A stretch of DNA of 64,000 nt from positions 3,139,909-3,203,908 of the forward strand of contig CM074804.1 in the NCBI GenBank assembly GCA_037447605.1, given 5' to 3'. Position numbers and translations under genes: made by a program. Positions within the stretch are counted from its first letter, which is position 1, and each line of letters begins with the position of its first letter. A model generated the notes under the pieces. The model searched no databases and was not told the origin of the DNA. It was given only the letters and a program-made list of their open reading frames with translations. Source of the stretch: Zygnema circumcarinatum SAG 698-1b. Taxonomy: Eukaryota; Plantae; Zygnematophyceae. Shown piece by piece: positions 12,342-24,233 of this stretch.

Positions 12342-13027
12342 GGCAAATCCTTGTTTCCTTCAAAGTCCAAGAACAGCAATTCTGGCCAGAACTATTCTGC
12401 CAGAACATAACATTAACCCGCACCTGATATGAATCTCGAGAACCAACTGCAGTCATCCAGTAAAACCAAGTCACGCAAGCTGCAACTAAACTTCCAGGAG
12501 AAAGGCGCTTAAATCGACAGCGAAACACTAGAACAAGCTCAGAAAGAACCCGTGCCTCTTTTTTTCAGCACCGTCTTTCTCGCTGCTAAGATATTTTCCA
12601 TTGCAAAACGGCATGTCCAGCAGGAAAGCGTCCAGAAGTACATGCTCACCTGCAGGGAAGGCGAGCGAGCAGACGCTTCGCCTTGGTGGTCATGCCATGG
12701 CCGGGCGGCTTGGCTAGGAAAGGCGAGTCTTGCTGACGAAGGGCTAAATTGCTCCGTGTGAACAGGGCAACGCCCTCTTCTCTCCAGTGGGAACACTTCG
12801 ATGGATCTGGATCCGCCAACAGACAAAACCAGATTGGAGCGAGGTCAGCGCCAGTGAGAACGCCCAGCGGATAGAACCGGATCACCTCCAAGAAATGTGT
12901 GAACGGGAAGCGGGCTTTATTTTTCTTGTGTGAACGGGGGCAGGTGCTGGGGCTCAAATGAACAGAGGGCAAAGAAGCTCGTCGAGGTTTGTAATTAGCT
13001 CGTGTGGAGGTCTGAAAGAAGTGCATT

Positions 13028-13104
13028 GGCATTGGTCTCACGATGGCGATGCCGTCAAATGCACATGGGAAACGACTAAGTTTAGAACCAAGGTGAACCG
13101 GTCA
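13028..13104 (-). mobile_element. Dispersed repeat copy 1 (3' end of a non-LTR retroelement / SINE-like family)
   Basis: GGCATTGGTCTCACGATGGCGATGCCGTCAAATGCACATG..GAACCAAGGTGAACCGGTCA matches the copies at 41624, 42643, 42858 and (reverse complement) 60127-60203. Confidence 0.75.
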
Positions 13105-13516
13105 AGGGACGCTTTGAGCTGCCTTCGTAAAAGTAAGCGAAGATGTGAAGGAACGGATTGAGTGCTTCGCTTTAGAAATGACGATGACCGCGCCTATAAC
13201 TCTGCCACATTTCAGCAAGAGGGACTTCAATCGCATGGCCGACAAACTTGTTTCATACTAAACAAACGTAGGGCTCCTTGATTGAATAACTTGTTTGAAC
13301 AAGTTAAAGCAAATGAAGTGTATCGTACATACAATACAAGACCAATTGAACAATTCTCGGGCCCGAAAGCTACTTACTATAATGTCTCTCTAAACGACAG
13401 GTCAACGGCCTTCTGGAGACAATTACATTACAATACACGGTGATGTCCTAACTGTACACGACCTTTTCACAGTTTCCAGAGAAGCCTGCCCGACACCCTA
13501 TAGGCCTGAGCTGCAT

Positions 13517-16466
13517 TCAGCAGAGACCTGGGAACTCGTCCTCGTCAGCCGCGAGGAGCAGGCTGGGCAGCATCCCCTTGGCAGCGCCATCATGGGGCAG
13601 GAGACTCGGAGTGATGAGAACACGAAAACAGCGCCGAAGTTTGGGCTGAGAAAAGCTACTTGGCGGCCCTGTGGTGTCGTCCATGACGTCCAGCTCCTGC
13701 AAGCGCAACGCAATGCAGCTGAATTGACCGCAATATCAGGGTCAACTGAAGGTTAGCTGACAAAAATGCATCTCGACTGCTGCACCGGCATGAAAATAGA
13801 TTGCAAAGCTGATCTGCTTTGCTTGCCAGGAAGGAACTAAAGTGTTGCTACCTCTCAAGAGTCAAACAAAAGAGTAACGAGACGTTGAGCCATACCTGAT
13901 ACAATCGACGAATGGACTTCAAGAGTGGTGCATCTTCCTCCGAGCCCTGCACCTCAGCAAGTGCGAGAGAGGCCAGCCCTGCCTGAAGACGGCGCCGAAG
14001 GCCATAGCCAAGTACCACATTGCTTCTGCAAGGTCTCCAATATGCACCATAAGACTAGATAGATTCTAGTTTTCTGCCCCTGTGCAAATGACCGCCGGCT
14101 TGCCAGATGCCCTCGGTATGTTGAATGGATCTGAAACAAGGCAGAAACATACCGAAACGAAATCGCCCCTTTGTCGTACAATGTCGGTGTAGCTGAAATA
14201 GCTGTCGATCTGGCACAATTCCCACATCATCATGCAGCATCAGAGTACAAAATCTAGAATGGAAAGCCAGCGTAAAGGAAACAACAAAGGACCATTGGGT
14301 GCTGGATGCTAACAGACACTTAACACAACAATTAAAACCACACTTGCAATGCATTGGCATTGCATTGCATTGCATTGGCATGCTTCCTCTTGGCTGTTTC
14401 TTAAGTCTGAAACAGCCAAGAGGAAGATGCAGATGTGGCAGATGGGTATGTGCCATATGGAAGCTTCGGCAAATGAGAGAAATGTTGCATTCACCTAGCC
14501 CTCTCCAACATGACTTCGAACTGCAAAAAACTGCAGTGGTTCGCAAGTAGCTTGAGCCAGCGCTTATATACATTCCACTGTCGTACAACCTGGAGCCACA
14601 GCTTCCTCCCGTCCAATGCCTCCTCTTCGCTAAAACCAATCCCCAGCCGACCCATCTTGTCCTGCTCCGTAAGTGTCCACTGCAGATCAATTGCATCCAT
14701 GGCTCGCCTCTTTCGACCTTCACGTAGAGGAGTAAGCAATCCTCCGACATCATTTCTATGCCAACAATTCTGCCTGTCTTCGCAAGGCTTCCCTTCCATA
14801 ACTCGAGCTGACGTTTCGGTGTCGGCTTTCGCCTCATCATAGCCCACAACCTCCTTTCCTTTCTTTCGCACTATGCCAACTGCTCCAACGTTTTTATTGA
14901 TCTCCAAATTCTCCTTGAATTCAGAACGCAGCAGCTCAGCAATGCGCTCCGCTCGGTCTGCAAATGCAACTGCAAATGCCTCATAAAGGAGGCTCCAGTT
15001 GCAGGCAGTGAGTTTCTTTACGACCTTCTTCATAGTTGCAGAGCTATGTGTATCCTCCTCTGACAAACTACTACCAGCGTTCCACCATTCGTCAAGTGCT
15101 GCACGGACAAACTGGTGTCCCTTCCTCAAGACCAAAAAGCGTTGGCCTATGTCATCAGCCAACCGATTGCTCTTATACCAGATGCGCCTGTAAACCCGCA
15201 CAGAAGTAGCTTATAGGAAGTGTAAGTAGCATGTTAACTCCTAACGATTGATTGTTCATAGTGGCTGAGTTACAGTTGAATCAGGTAGATTCACTAGCCT
15301 ATGAGCAAGATCCATTTTGTCTATGTTACTTTTCTTACAACGCTAACAATAACTTTGTGCTGATGGATGTGTATCCGGCCACCTTCAACTAACAAAAGCT
15401 CAGTGAATCTTTCTCTTCCCTGATTGCTCAGTACAATGTTTTCATTTCGCATCTACGAGGAGTTTGAGCGATCGTATGCATTCGCTACCTCGAATCATTG
15501 TGTTAAAACGTTCTGCCTGGGTCACCAAAAGTAATTTGTGGAAACTGCGATCAGTTCTATTTGCTGTTTATCAGTATTCAGTTCCATGTCAGCAAATCAG
15601 ATAAATTCACGACACCTTGCAATCTTGCAGTGTTCCAAACATCGATTCTAAAGAGAGCTTGAACCTTCAGCTTACATAGTACCTGGAAAGATTCTGCGGT
15701 CGCTCCTTCTCAAGGGGCGAACCACGTTTCAATATAGGCTCCCATAGATCCTCCTTACTCGCCAACTGGCGGCATATCTTACTCACAGACCTGTACACAT
15801 GATGTACACGTTTGCTACATTCACTTCCAATAAATCAAGACGAAGGTCAAAGTACCAATTGAAATGGAGATGCTTACAGCAACCTCAGTTCCTGAAAACA
15901 TCTGGAGAAATACTTACAAAACAACTAGAGCCCTGGTCGAATTGAAAATGTTCACATTTTTACCTGAAGGAGAAGAGGTCGGCAGCGTTCAACTGACTGA
16001 GAATCACTGTAAGAGTCTCCTCTGGCAGCTGGAGCAAAAAAGGTCTGCCGTTCTTTGGCCCATCTTGCCATAGCGGCCAAGGCGCCTCGTTTCTCTTGCT
16101 ACTGGAACTGCAGGTGGAGGATGCCTGCTGTGGAATGACAGGCGACGAATGCTTTGAAGAAGTCTTGCAAAGGCGCAAGTCCCAGCCCGGGAACAGAAAG
16201 GTGAGGTGAGGGGCAGGAGCCAGGGCAGTACCATTTGCAGAGCTTGTAGACTTTGCTTCCCTCAAACTGTGTAGACTAGTGGAGCATGGCTTTATGGATT
16301 TGGGCCCTTCCATGTCAACATGCCTGTGAAGAATTTGGGGGGCGAAGAGTGGAGAATCTCCAGAGCCAGCTGCAAAGAGAGCAGCATCAAGAGCCGCTTC
16401 TGCTGTTGCCTCGTCGAAGTGATTCTCCTCACTTACAAACGGCATGACATCCCCTGGAGACGCCAT
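13517..16466 (-). CDS. F-box protein with C-terminal cullin-repeat-1-like helical domain (6 exons)
   Basis: ATG at 16466. F-box LLQLPEETLTVILSQLNAADLFSFR|SVSKICRQLASKEDLW is split by an intron. Later exons are 14495-~15189, ~14144-14200, 13953-14025 and 13517-~13698, and all joins are in frame. The C-terminal part reads NWSLLYEAFAVAF..LWLQVVRQWNVYKRWLKLL..TPTLYDKGAISFRSNVV..LRRRLQAGL. Confidence 0.8.
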
Positions 16467-18665
16467 GGCATCAGGACAGCCACTTGTCCTGCGGGAAAGC
16501 TCTACCCCGCCACGACCTAGTTTGCTGTAGTTGAAAGCGAGATGTGGATCTTCAAATACTAAAGCACATTTGCCGCAGTGAGTGCGTTTAGGGTAACAAG
16601 TGGCTGCCGCCGTGGCACCAGGAGGGCGGAAAGGGAAGTGCGTCTGTTGCCTGCGGCTATCACTAAGGCGAGAAGGTACGTGTGTTGGTGAGGTCCATTT
16701 GTGCATAGACTATGCCAGGAAGGCCAGCCATGAAAAGGAAGCAGACAAAGGAATGGAGGGGACGGTGTTGTGAGGACGCCATGTAGACGAAGTAGGTCCT
16801 AGGAGACTACATGGAAGAGGTAGCGATTTGGAGAGAAGGTGTAAAGCGAGAGATATGGAGGTAAAGGGCCATGTTGCAAGTGAACGTTTGTGACACGGGG
16901 AAGCTACATGCCCGGCTTGTTTGAGGGAGGCAATGATATGCTGGGAGGTTGCATAAAGAGGGGCGGGAGTGAAAGTGGACGTTAAGGCTTCATTTCTTGG
17001 AGTTCCAATTGTTTGGAAGGAACAAAATTCCTCTTTAATTTGCGGCCCAGCAGTGCACGATGGCTACTACTGATGAAAGAAGAGTGCCCTTCAGCTCGTG
17101 GATTTTTTAAAGTGAAGTTTTTGCTCTCTGCTCTCAAATGAAGGTGGTGGGGCCTGTTTGACGACAATAAACCCGTTTGTCGACTGAAATGGAAGCTTTT
17201 CATACAAGCTTGCCTCAAGACGGCAGAACTCCCCAGCAAAACATCAAATTTGGGAAAGAGCGCAGAGGTTAGTCTCTACAGAGTAAACTCTCTCTTCTGT
17301 GCCACCTGTCCCTCAGGTCATGTTATTCCATGGTGATGTTTTCAAATCCATTGGTCTAAGGATTTAGATCCCTTGCCTCCCATAGTTTCTGTACATGTCG
17401 CGACGTTATATAATTCCCAATAATATGATTTAAAGACCTTCCTTTCTTGCGGTCAACCACGTCGGGTCTCGTGAAGTTCACTGTAAATGATTTACACGTG
17501 CTGTGAATTGAAACGCAATAGCTAGGCTTTTTTTCCATTGTTAAAAATGTATGATAATGGAAGTTTTCCACCAGCTTGCGCATCTTCCTCTCTCCTTGTC
17601 CTTGTCCTCCTCGTCCGATGTGTGCCATGTGGATGAAGACCTTCGGCGGCCAGTCGTGTCAGAAAGCACGCCACTTGGGCCTATACGCCAGGCAGCAGGT
17701 TTTTCAGGGCCAAGGCAATCATTTGAAGTGGCTGAAGATGACAGCAAGCCTCAGCTGCGCGATCATGTATCCATACTTATGTTCCAAGTGAAGGAATTTG
17801 AACAGCAAGATAATGACGTTTTTTTGAAGCTGTGCATGGCGGTTTCGTTGGTGAAACTATTTTGCTTTTCTTATTAAATTTGCAAGTTTTTTGGGTTTTT
17901 AGGGTTTTGGCTAAAGGCTGGGTGAAGACTGGAAGTCAATTTTAACAGTTTTTTCTCTTACTAGTGCACGGTGCAAACCCTTAACTTCGTTGCAGCTCTC
18001 ATCCCCAGACTCTGTTGAAACAGAGCATGTCCTTTTGCGACCCCCTCCATACAAATGACGAGTTAGTGAATGTTTGAAACATGCTCCGGAATAGAAAGCT
18101 CGTCTGATGAAGGTCACGAGTGTTATGAAGACGGGGCCGTCACGGAGGTATGTTTCGAGTACATCCTTTCTTGTTACTAAAAAACAACCGTGAAATGACC
18201 GGTTGTGATGCGCTCTACAGTTTGGGTCCACAAGCTTCAAATTTCTGATGCAGCATTTGATGGGTTTGTCCAGGAACGCGATTAGGAGGTCCTCGGAGTG
18301 AGTATTGTGCCAACGAGCGTTTACGAGTCAGCTAGGATCTGGAGTCTGGGATGAAGAATCAGCATATCGTTTGCGAAGGGGCGTTGTGAGGATTCGCCTG
18401 AGGACACAAAAACAATATTATTTCAACGTATGTCGAGAATTATTTTTTTAATTAAAAGTCTGTGTCATTCACATGTCACGTCTGCAGTAGAGAGTGGCTA
18501 CAGTTTTCATGGGAGAGAGTTACATACTTCAAAAGTTCTACACATAATATACAAGGGGCTGACGGTACCCTCTCCTGAACCCTTTAATTACCCCCCGTAT
18601 ATAGAGTAGTCACCGGAGAGAGTGCAACCAGCTCGAATGGGAAACCTACACTTAGTGATTGGTCC

Positions 18666-20567
18666 TTACTTGAGAAATGAAATGCACAACACACCGTCCC
18701 TGCAGCAAAACAGGTCCGTTGTCAGCACCTTAGTGGTCTGACTTCACCCTTGATGGAATGACGGGCCACCTACAAGCCCATCGACTCTAAAACTAACAAT
18801 GAAACTTGATGAAGAATTAGGTCAATAAATCTCAGGTTACGGCCTAGCTCAGCCAAGCATCGTAAGTCCGGAAAATAGTGCGGAGATAAAACAAAAGAAA
18901 CAGCATAAACCATTCTGAGTGAGGATACAAAAAGTAAAGACGTCACTTACTCTATATACGCTTCGGCGCCCTTTCCTTCTATCATCCCAGGCAGTTGCCA
19001 AATGCCCTGATATGGACCCATCACTCTCTCCCGACAGTGATATACAGTCTCTTTGCTATCCTTCTCCAGTCTTTCTCCGCTCACCATGAGTCTGTAACCA
19101 CACCTCTCTTCGTCTGTACGGTCTTAGGAGTAGCCATCAGACATTATTTAAAGTGAAGCCATACGCGAGGCAAGGATACTAAGACTTTTTTTGGCCCAAC
19201 CTGTGATAATGAGCTATCTTGATTGCAGACTGTGTGATTTACAGTGCAACTTACCGTCTGCCATGAATCTCTACTCGGACACTTTCCGGGCTGATGCCAG
19301 GCAGATCAATGGCGATGAAGTACTTCGAATTGAACTCCACAACACTCATGCGGGGCACCCAAGCATCACCTGTACGCAATTACAGCAATTCTCATGTCAA
19401 AAACCCCTACCTTGGCGCAGAAGGCCAAAGACATGGAAACATAAGCGTTCAGGCAATATTAACAGGCCATTCACAGTTTGGCGTATCAACAGCATAGCTA
19501 CAGCTAGCTTAAAATCGAAGGCCAGAGGAGATCAGAGCCTTACTTGATTCTCCTGCCGATGAACAGCATGGTCGGGCAAAATAAGAGGGCCTTTCCAAAG
19601 CAGCGACAATGTCTCCAGGGGAGCGTTCTGCCGAATTACTAGAAAGACAGGCTGTACAACTGCAACAACTCTGATTCGAGGGTTTGGCGAACAGGGGTGA
19701 ACCACTTTGCGGTTGTCCACCTCCACCTCCTAACTGTGAAGGTGCGACCTCCATGACTGACACACACGCTGATTTGCATGGAGCCCCAGTCCCAACGACT
19801 GTCTCCTGCCTCTGCAAAATAATTGAAATGATCCCCACCGTAAATTACACAGCGGAGATACGAGGAACAAAACCACATAACCCATCCCTTCAAAAGAAAA
19901 GAACACCTCCAGCAAGAGTGGAAAATCCCAAAGCCAGGTGCAGGGACTGTCAGAAATAACGATAACCTCTCGACATTATCAACGAGAAAGACAACGCAAA
20001 GAGAAAACTGAGCGAATTGAAGAACTTCGCACCTCACGAGTTCCTATCTCGCTGCAGCAGCGACCAAATGCTGGGCCACCTTCTGAAGTAGGCCGTCCGA
20101 ACAAGACTCGATTGTCCCGACGTGGTCCTGCCATGCCATGGCCAAACATGCTACTGCAGGGCTGCAAGGAAGAGCGCAAATAAAATCAGCATTCAAGGTT
20201 AACAGCCACCAGACAGAAGCAGCTAGGCGTCATTCAACAATATCCATGCAAACAATAATGAGAACGCCACCTGCAAGATATCTTTGCAGCAGTCATTAAC
20301 AGACAATTTCTAAACATAAAACCTCCGAATTTTATGAATTCAACAAGAAATCCAGGTTTCCGTGCAATCCCGTTCCCTCAAAATGACGAGCTGCCATCAA
20401 TTCATTTTACAAGGACCGAGACGTACCTCAAAATCCATACCCGGCCGAAACTGAACGGGACTACCTAGAATATGCGCAGCCAGCACGCCGAATCTTCTTC
20501 CAGCCACCATGGATGCTGCCGGAGCCATGCAGCCGTCCGTCATAGCTCCCTCCCGCCCTTTGCTCAT
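18666..20567 (-). CDS. Alpha-crystallin-domain small heat-shock protein, ACD31.2-like (PTS2-type N-terminus)
   Basis: Exons read ..RRFGVLAAHI..DFE | PCSSMF..TRE | RQET..YFARP..ES | SDAWVPRMSVVEFNSKYFIAIDLPGISPESVRVEIHGR | RLMVSGER..YHCRERVMGPYQGIWQLP..YIE | DGVLCISFLK* (18666-18699). The HSP20 beta-strands are complete. The start could be M at 20567, 20543, 20528 or 20510. Confidence 0.85.
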
Positions 20568-20691
20568 CCCAATCCTCAGCGAAGCAATTTGCACCCTTGA
20601 GCTTCCTATTCCATGGCAGCTACGCGTCCACACCCCCCCCACTCCCCCCCGCTAATGTCACACGTGCCTCCCTGTCCCAGGGGATATTTCC

Positions 20692-20746
20692 GTACCCGTA
20701 CAAGTTCGAGCGTACGGCACCGTACAAGCTTACGTACGTACAGTAC
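20692..20746. promoter_or_regulatory. GTAC/CCGTAC array (7 GTAC in 55 bp) in the ACD/ATG3 divergent promoter
   Basis: GTAC at 20692, 20698, 20712, 20722, 20734, 20738 and 20743. GTAC is the SBP/SPL-binding core. Confidence 0.6.
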
Positions 20747-20772
20747 CGCCCGTAATATTTTCCACCCTCATA

Positions 20773-21008
20773 GGAGTCAGACCTTGACCATCGCTTACGA
20801 AATTCCCGAATTCCTTCTACTAAAAGTCACTTCTTTCGTGTACGAATTCCGGGTCGGGATCCGCGGCTCCGCCGAGCCCAGCCGTACCGAAATGCGTACC
20901 TAGCCAATGCTTAATTCGCCCGACAGGCTTACGAAATTCATTTGGCGATGGTCAAGGTCTGACTCCCCCTAATATATTTGCCGAAACCATGGCGAAAATA
21001 TTAGGGGG
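20773..21008. mobile_element. Non-autonomous element candidate: 22-bp perfect inverted repeats plus an adjacent terminal hairpin (Helentron/HINE-like or MITE)
   Basis: GGAGTCAGACCTTGACCATCGC (20773-20794) and its exact reverse complement (20945-20966). An internal direct repeat CTTACGAAATTC occurs twice. A hairpin CCCCCTAATAT..ATATTAGGGGG follows at about 20965-21008. Confidence 0.5.
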
Positions 21009-21407
21009 GGTACTGTACGGCATTCGACCTAGTATGTACGGAAAACAGGAACTGGCGCATGTAACGGTCTGGTTAACGGTAATTGAGTGTATCCGGTATA
21101 TGGAAAATTGAGGACAGTTTTTGTGAAATATTTCATGTCGGAACTGCGAAGTGTAACTGTAACTTTTCTATGGAACTGTACGCTTCCATGGGCTGGAATT
21201 TTGACCAAGATCGTTTGCTGTACGGATGATCGTCTGTACGTCGTGTCGAGACGGAAAGGGTTCCAAAAAGGCGGAGGGCCGAACGGGTGTTGACGCAGGA
21301 AGCAAGGCTTCAAATACGGTGGGCAGGAGGGAGGGGAGGGGAGGGGAGGGGAGGGAGGGAGGGAGGGAGGGAGGGAGAGGTGCGGGCCGTCAAGGGCGGA
21401 GGAGACC

Positions 21408-24233
21408 ATGGATGACGTCAAGCACAGACTGCATGAAGCTTTCAAGAGCACCATGGAGCTTGTCACTCCTGCGCGGAGCGTCACAGCCTTCCGAGAAAAG
21501 GGCGTACTCACGCCGGATGAGTTTGTGCTGGCCGGGGACAATTTAGTTGAGAAATGCCCGACTTGGTCATGGTATGTGGATTATTCAGGGCTTTTGTTCA
21601 CTGCATGAACTTTTTTTCGCGTCAGATATTATTTTTTGAGCTATTTATTTGGATTTTGCATCTGACGGCTGGTTTGTTTGCAGGGAAAGTGGAGATCCAG
21701 GACGACGGAAGTCATACCTTCCTGCTGACAAGCAGTATCTGATAACTCGGAATGGTAAGTTTCAAACTCCTGGAGAGATGTGTGTTCGTGGAGTCGTCTA
21801 CCATCAGGAAGCGGCATGATCACCTTTTGTGGTCTTAAAGTAACTGGCTGAAGCTTCATTCGGGAACCCGGAGTTTGGTTTCTTCTATTGTGCGTCTTAC
21901 TTTCACGTTCCAATAATTTGTTTTCTGCAGATTCTTATCAGTTATAGGTTTGTGCTGCATTTCACTACTCGCAAAACGGGCCTTCGGAAGTTTGTCTAGT
22001 TAAACTCAGCGGTTAGCCAAATTGTAATGATGCTCGCAATTCAACGTTATTGAAGAGCTTTCATCTTTCGTAGCAGCAGAATGCAATGGGTGCAAGGGGA
22101 GGCAGTGCCGTGCCTGCGCAGAGCTGGAGCTTTAGGGGACGCCTATAGTGGTGAAGGAGAGCTTGTGGTGGATGCGGAGTCGGACGAAGGCTGGTTGGCG
22201 ACTCACGGAGTTGATGCAGGTTTGCGTTCAATAGCTTGACCTTCAGTGGACAATTTTCTCTCAGTTGTCGTCATATTAGGGACGGTGTTTGGGAATTTAA
22301 TTTGCTTTCTGGAGTGGCGCTACAAGCATGCAGACGCAACTGGGCGTGAAGAAGAGGTCCCATCGATGGATGCTGCGGAAATGGCTGGAAGTGAGGATGA
22401 TGACAGAGACGTACCGGACATGGACGGCTTTGAAGATGAAGCTGAGGCAGATGTGGTAAGTGGGGTTAGACCTTCACTGAAGTGTAGGGGGCAAGGCATG
22501 GATGTATTGCGTCAAACTTTTCGTTTTATTTCATCAAACCTTTCTGTTTTGTAGCTGAAGATTTGGTTTACGGGCGTGGTCGGAACGTCCGTTGGTGTAT
22601 GATGTGGGGAAAGGGGGGAGGATCAGCTTGAATTTCTGTTTTTCTGCTGCCTACTTCGGATAGCTGGTCTTCTCGTTTGTGGAAGCCTTTTGTGTGAAAG
22701 TGCAATGCTCTTTTAGATTCGTCGCTGAATCGTTTAAATAGACACATCAATTGTGTGTCTTTTGAGGATTGTATTTTGTTGCATTGATAGAGAAGCTTTG
22801 CATGCCTTTACCAGGTGGTTGAAGTCCATGCACCTGCGGGGTCATGGCGTAAAGGAGGGGAAGGTGAGGTCGATTTTAAACGCTAGCATGCTGAGGTGGT
22901 GTCGTGGGAACAGGCAACCTTGCATAGCACCTACCTAGTGGCACGAGAGCCGGACGATAACAACATTCTTCGCACAAGGACTTATGATCTCACGATCACG
23001 TAGGTGGCCTATACTCTGGGGTTACGTTGGATTGATGGAAGATGGCTTTTGTACATGCCCTTGCTAATCATGTGTAGCAGTACAACAACCAATGTTCTAA
23101 AGATGAAGACGAATATTTCTCATGTAGACTTGGTTTGGCCAATCCAGGTACGACAAATATTATCAAACGCCTCGTGTTTGGCTATTTGGTTATGACGAGG
23201 TATGATTACTGGAGCCTTTACTTTTGTTTCTCGCAAGTTCCTATCGCTAAGCAAGTGACTGCTATTCAATAGATGTGCCATTGAAGCTTTTCGCCTCTTC
23301 ACTCTTTCTGTGAGGCACCGTGTACGGATTTGTATGTCCTACACTGTGGCCGCTTTGCTTCTCATTGCATCGATTGGTTGGTTGCTGGTCGAGCATGAGT
23401 AGTATCGGCAACATCTAGCAGCGGAACAGGTGTTTGAGGACGTTAGTCAAGACCACGCCAAAAAAACTGTGAGTTTGCACGGAGGCCTATGTTGTGAACC
23501 TCTTACTTTTCGAAATTGTGGACAGCGACCCTGTCTATTGATGTGTAGGTTGTATCTCGACTACTATATCTTGATTGTGTGGCTATCATGAATTTTCGGC
23601 TCATTTTTCTGAGTTACCATTGCTTCGTAATTTAAAGATCTAGCATTTGGAACGTGCTCTCCTTGTCAATGCAACTGAATTCTTATGTTCTATTGTATAT
23701 TGCGAAGATAATGTTTTTCAGTTTCGTCAATAAAGAGGTCATCCAAGATTCAGACATTTTTTGCTTAGCCTAGTGGCAACAGTCTAAATGTGACGGGCTC
23801 TGTCTGGTGTGAATAAGGAATTTATCTATCATCTGCTATTGGCTTATCTTGCAGGTTACCATTGATGACCATCCACACCTCTCCGGCAAGTTTGCTTCGG
23901 TGCACCCATGTCGCCATTCCCTGGTGATGAAGAAGATTCTGGGAGAACTGGCAGCAAGAGGCGGGGAGCCCCGTATAGACCAGTTAAGTGCATTGACATA
24001 GAACTTTCCTTAGTCTCCTCAGTATGCGACGTTGCCGCACTTGGTTGCAGAATTTGAATGAATTCCATATTTGGAATTCGAAATTCGCCAAAAAATTCGG
24101 AAGGTGTTGGCTAACTGACTGGCTTTGTTGCTGCAGGTACCTGTTCATTTTCCTCAAATTTATCGCGTCAATTGTCCCTACAATTGAATACGATTACACT
24201 GTGGAGTTTGCGCTTGGACCTTCACAAAGCTGA
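21408..24233 (+). CDS. ATG3: Autophagy E2-like enzyme ATG3 (~9 exons)
   Basis: [89 protein letters not shown], catalytic HPCRH, and [21 protein letters not shown]. Confidence 0.97.

Noticed and set aside
14055-14849. 264-aa minus-strand ORF overlapping the F-box gene
   Set aside because: It is an alternative-frame read-through of exon and intron sequence. The spliced F-box/cullin model explains the region.
17551-17877. 108-aa ORF with a coiled-coil/hydrophobic C-terminus
   Set aside because: There is no recognisable motif or linked exons. It could be TE-derived, but I cannot support a call.
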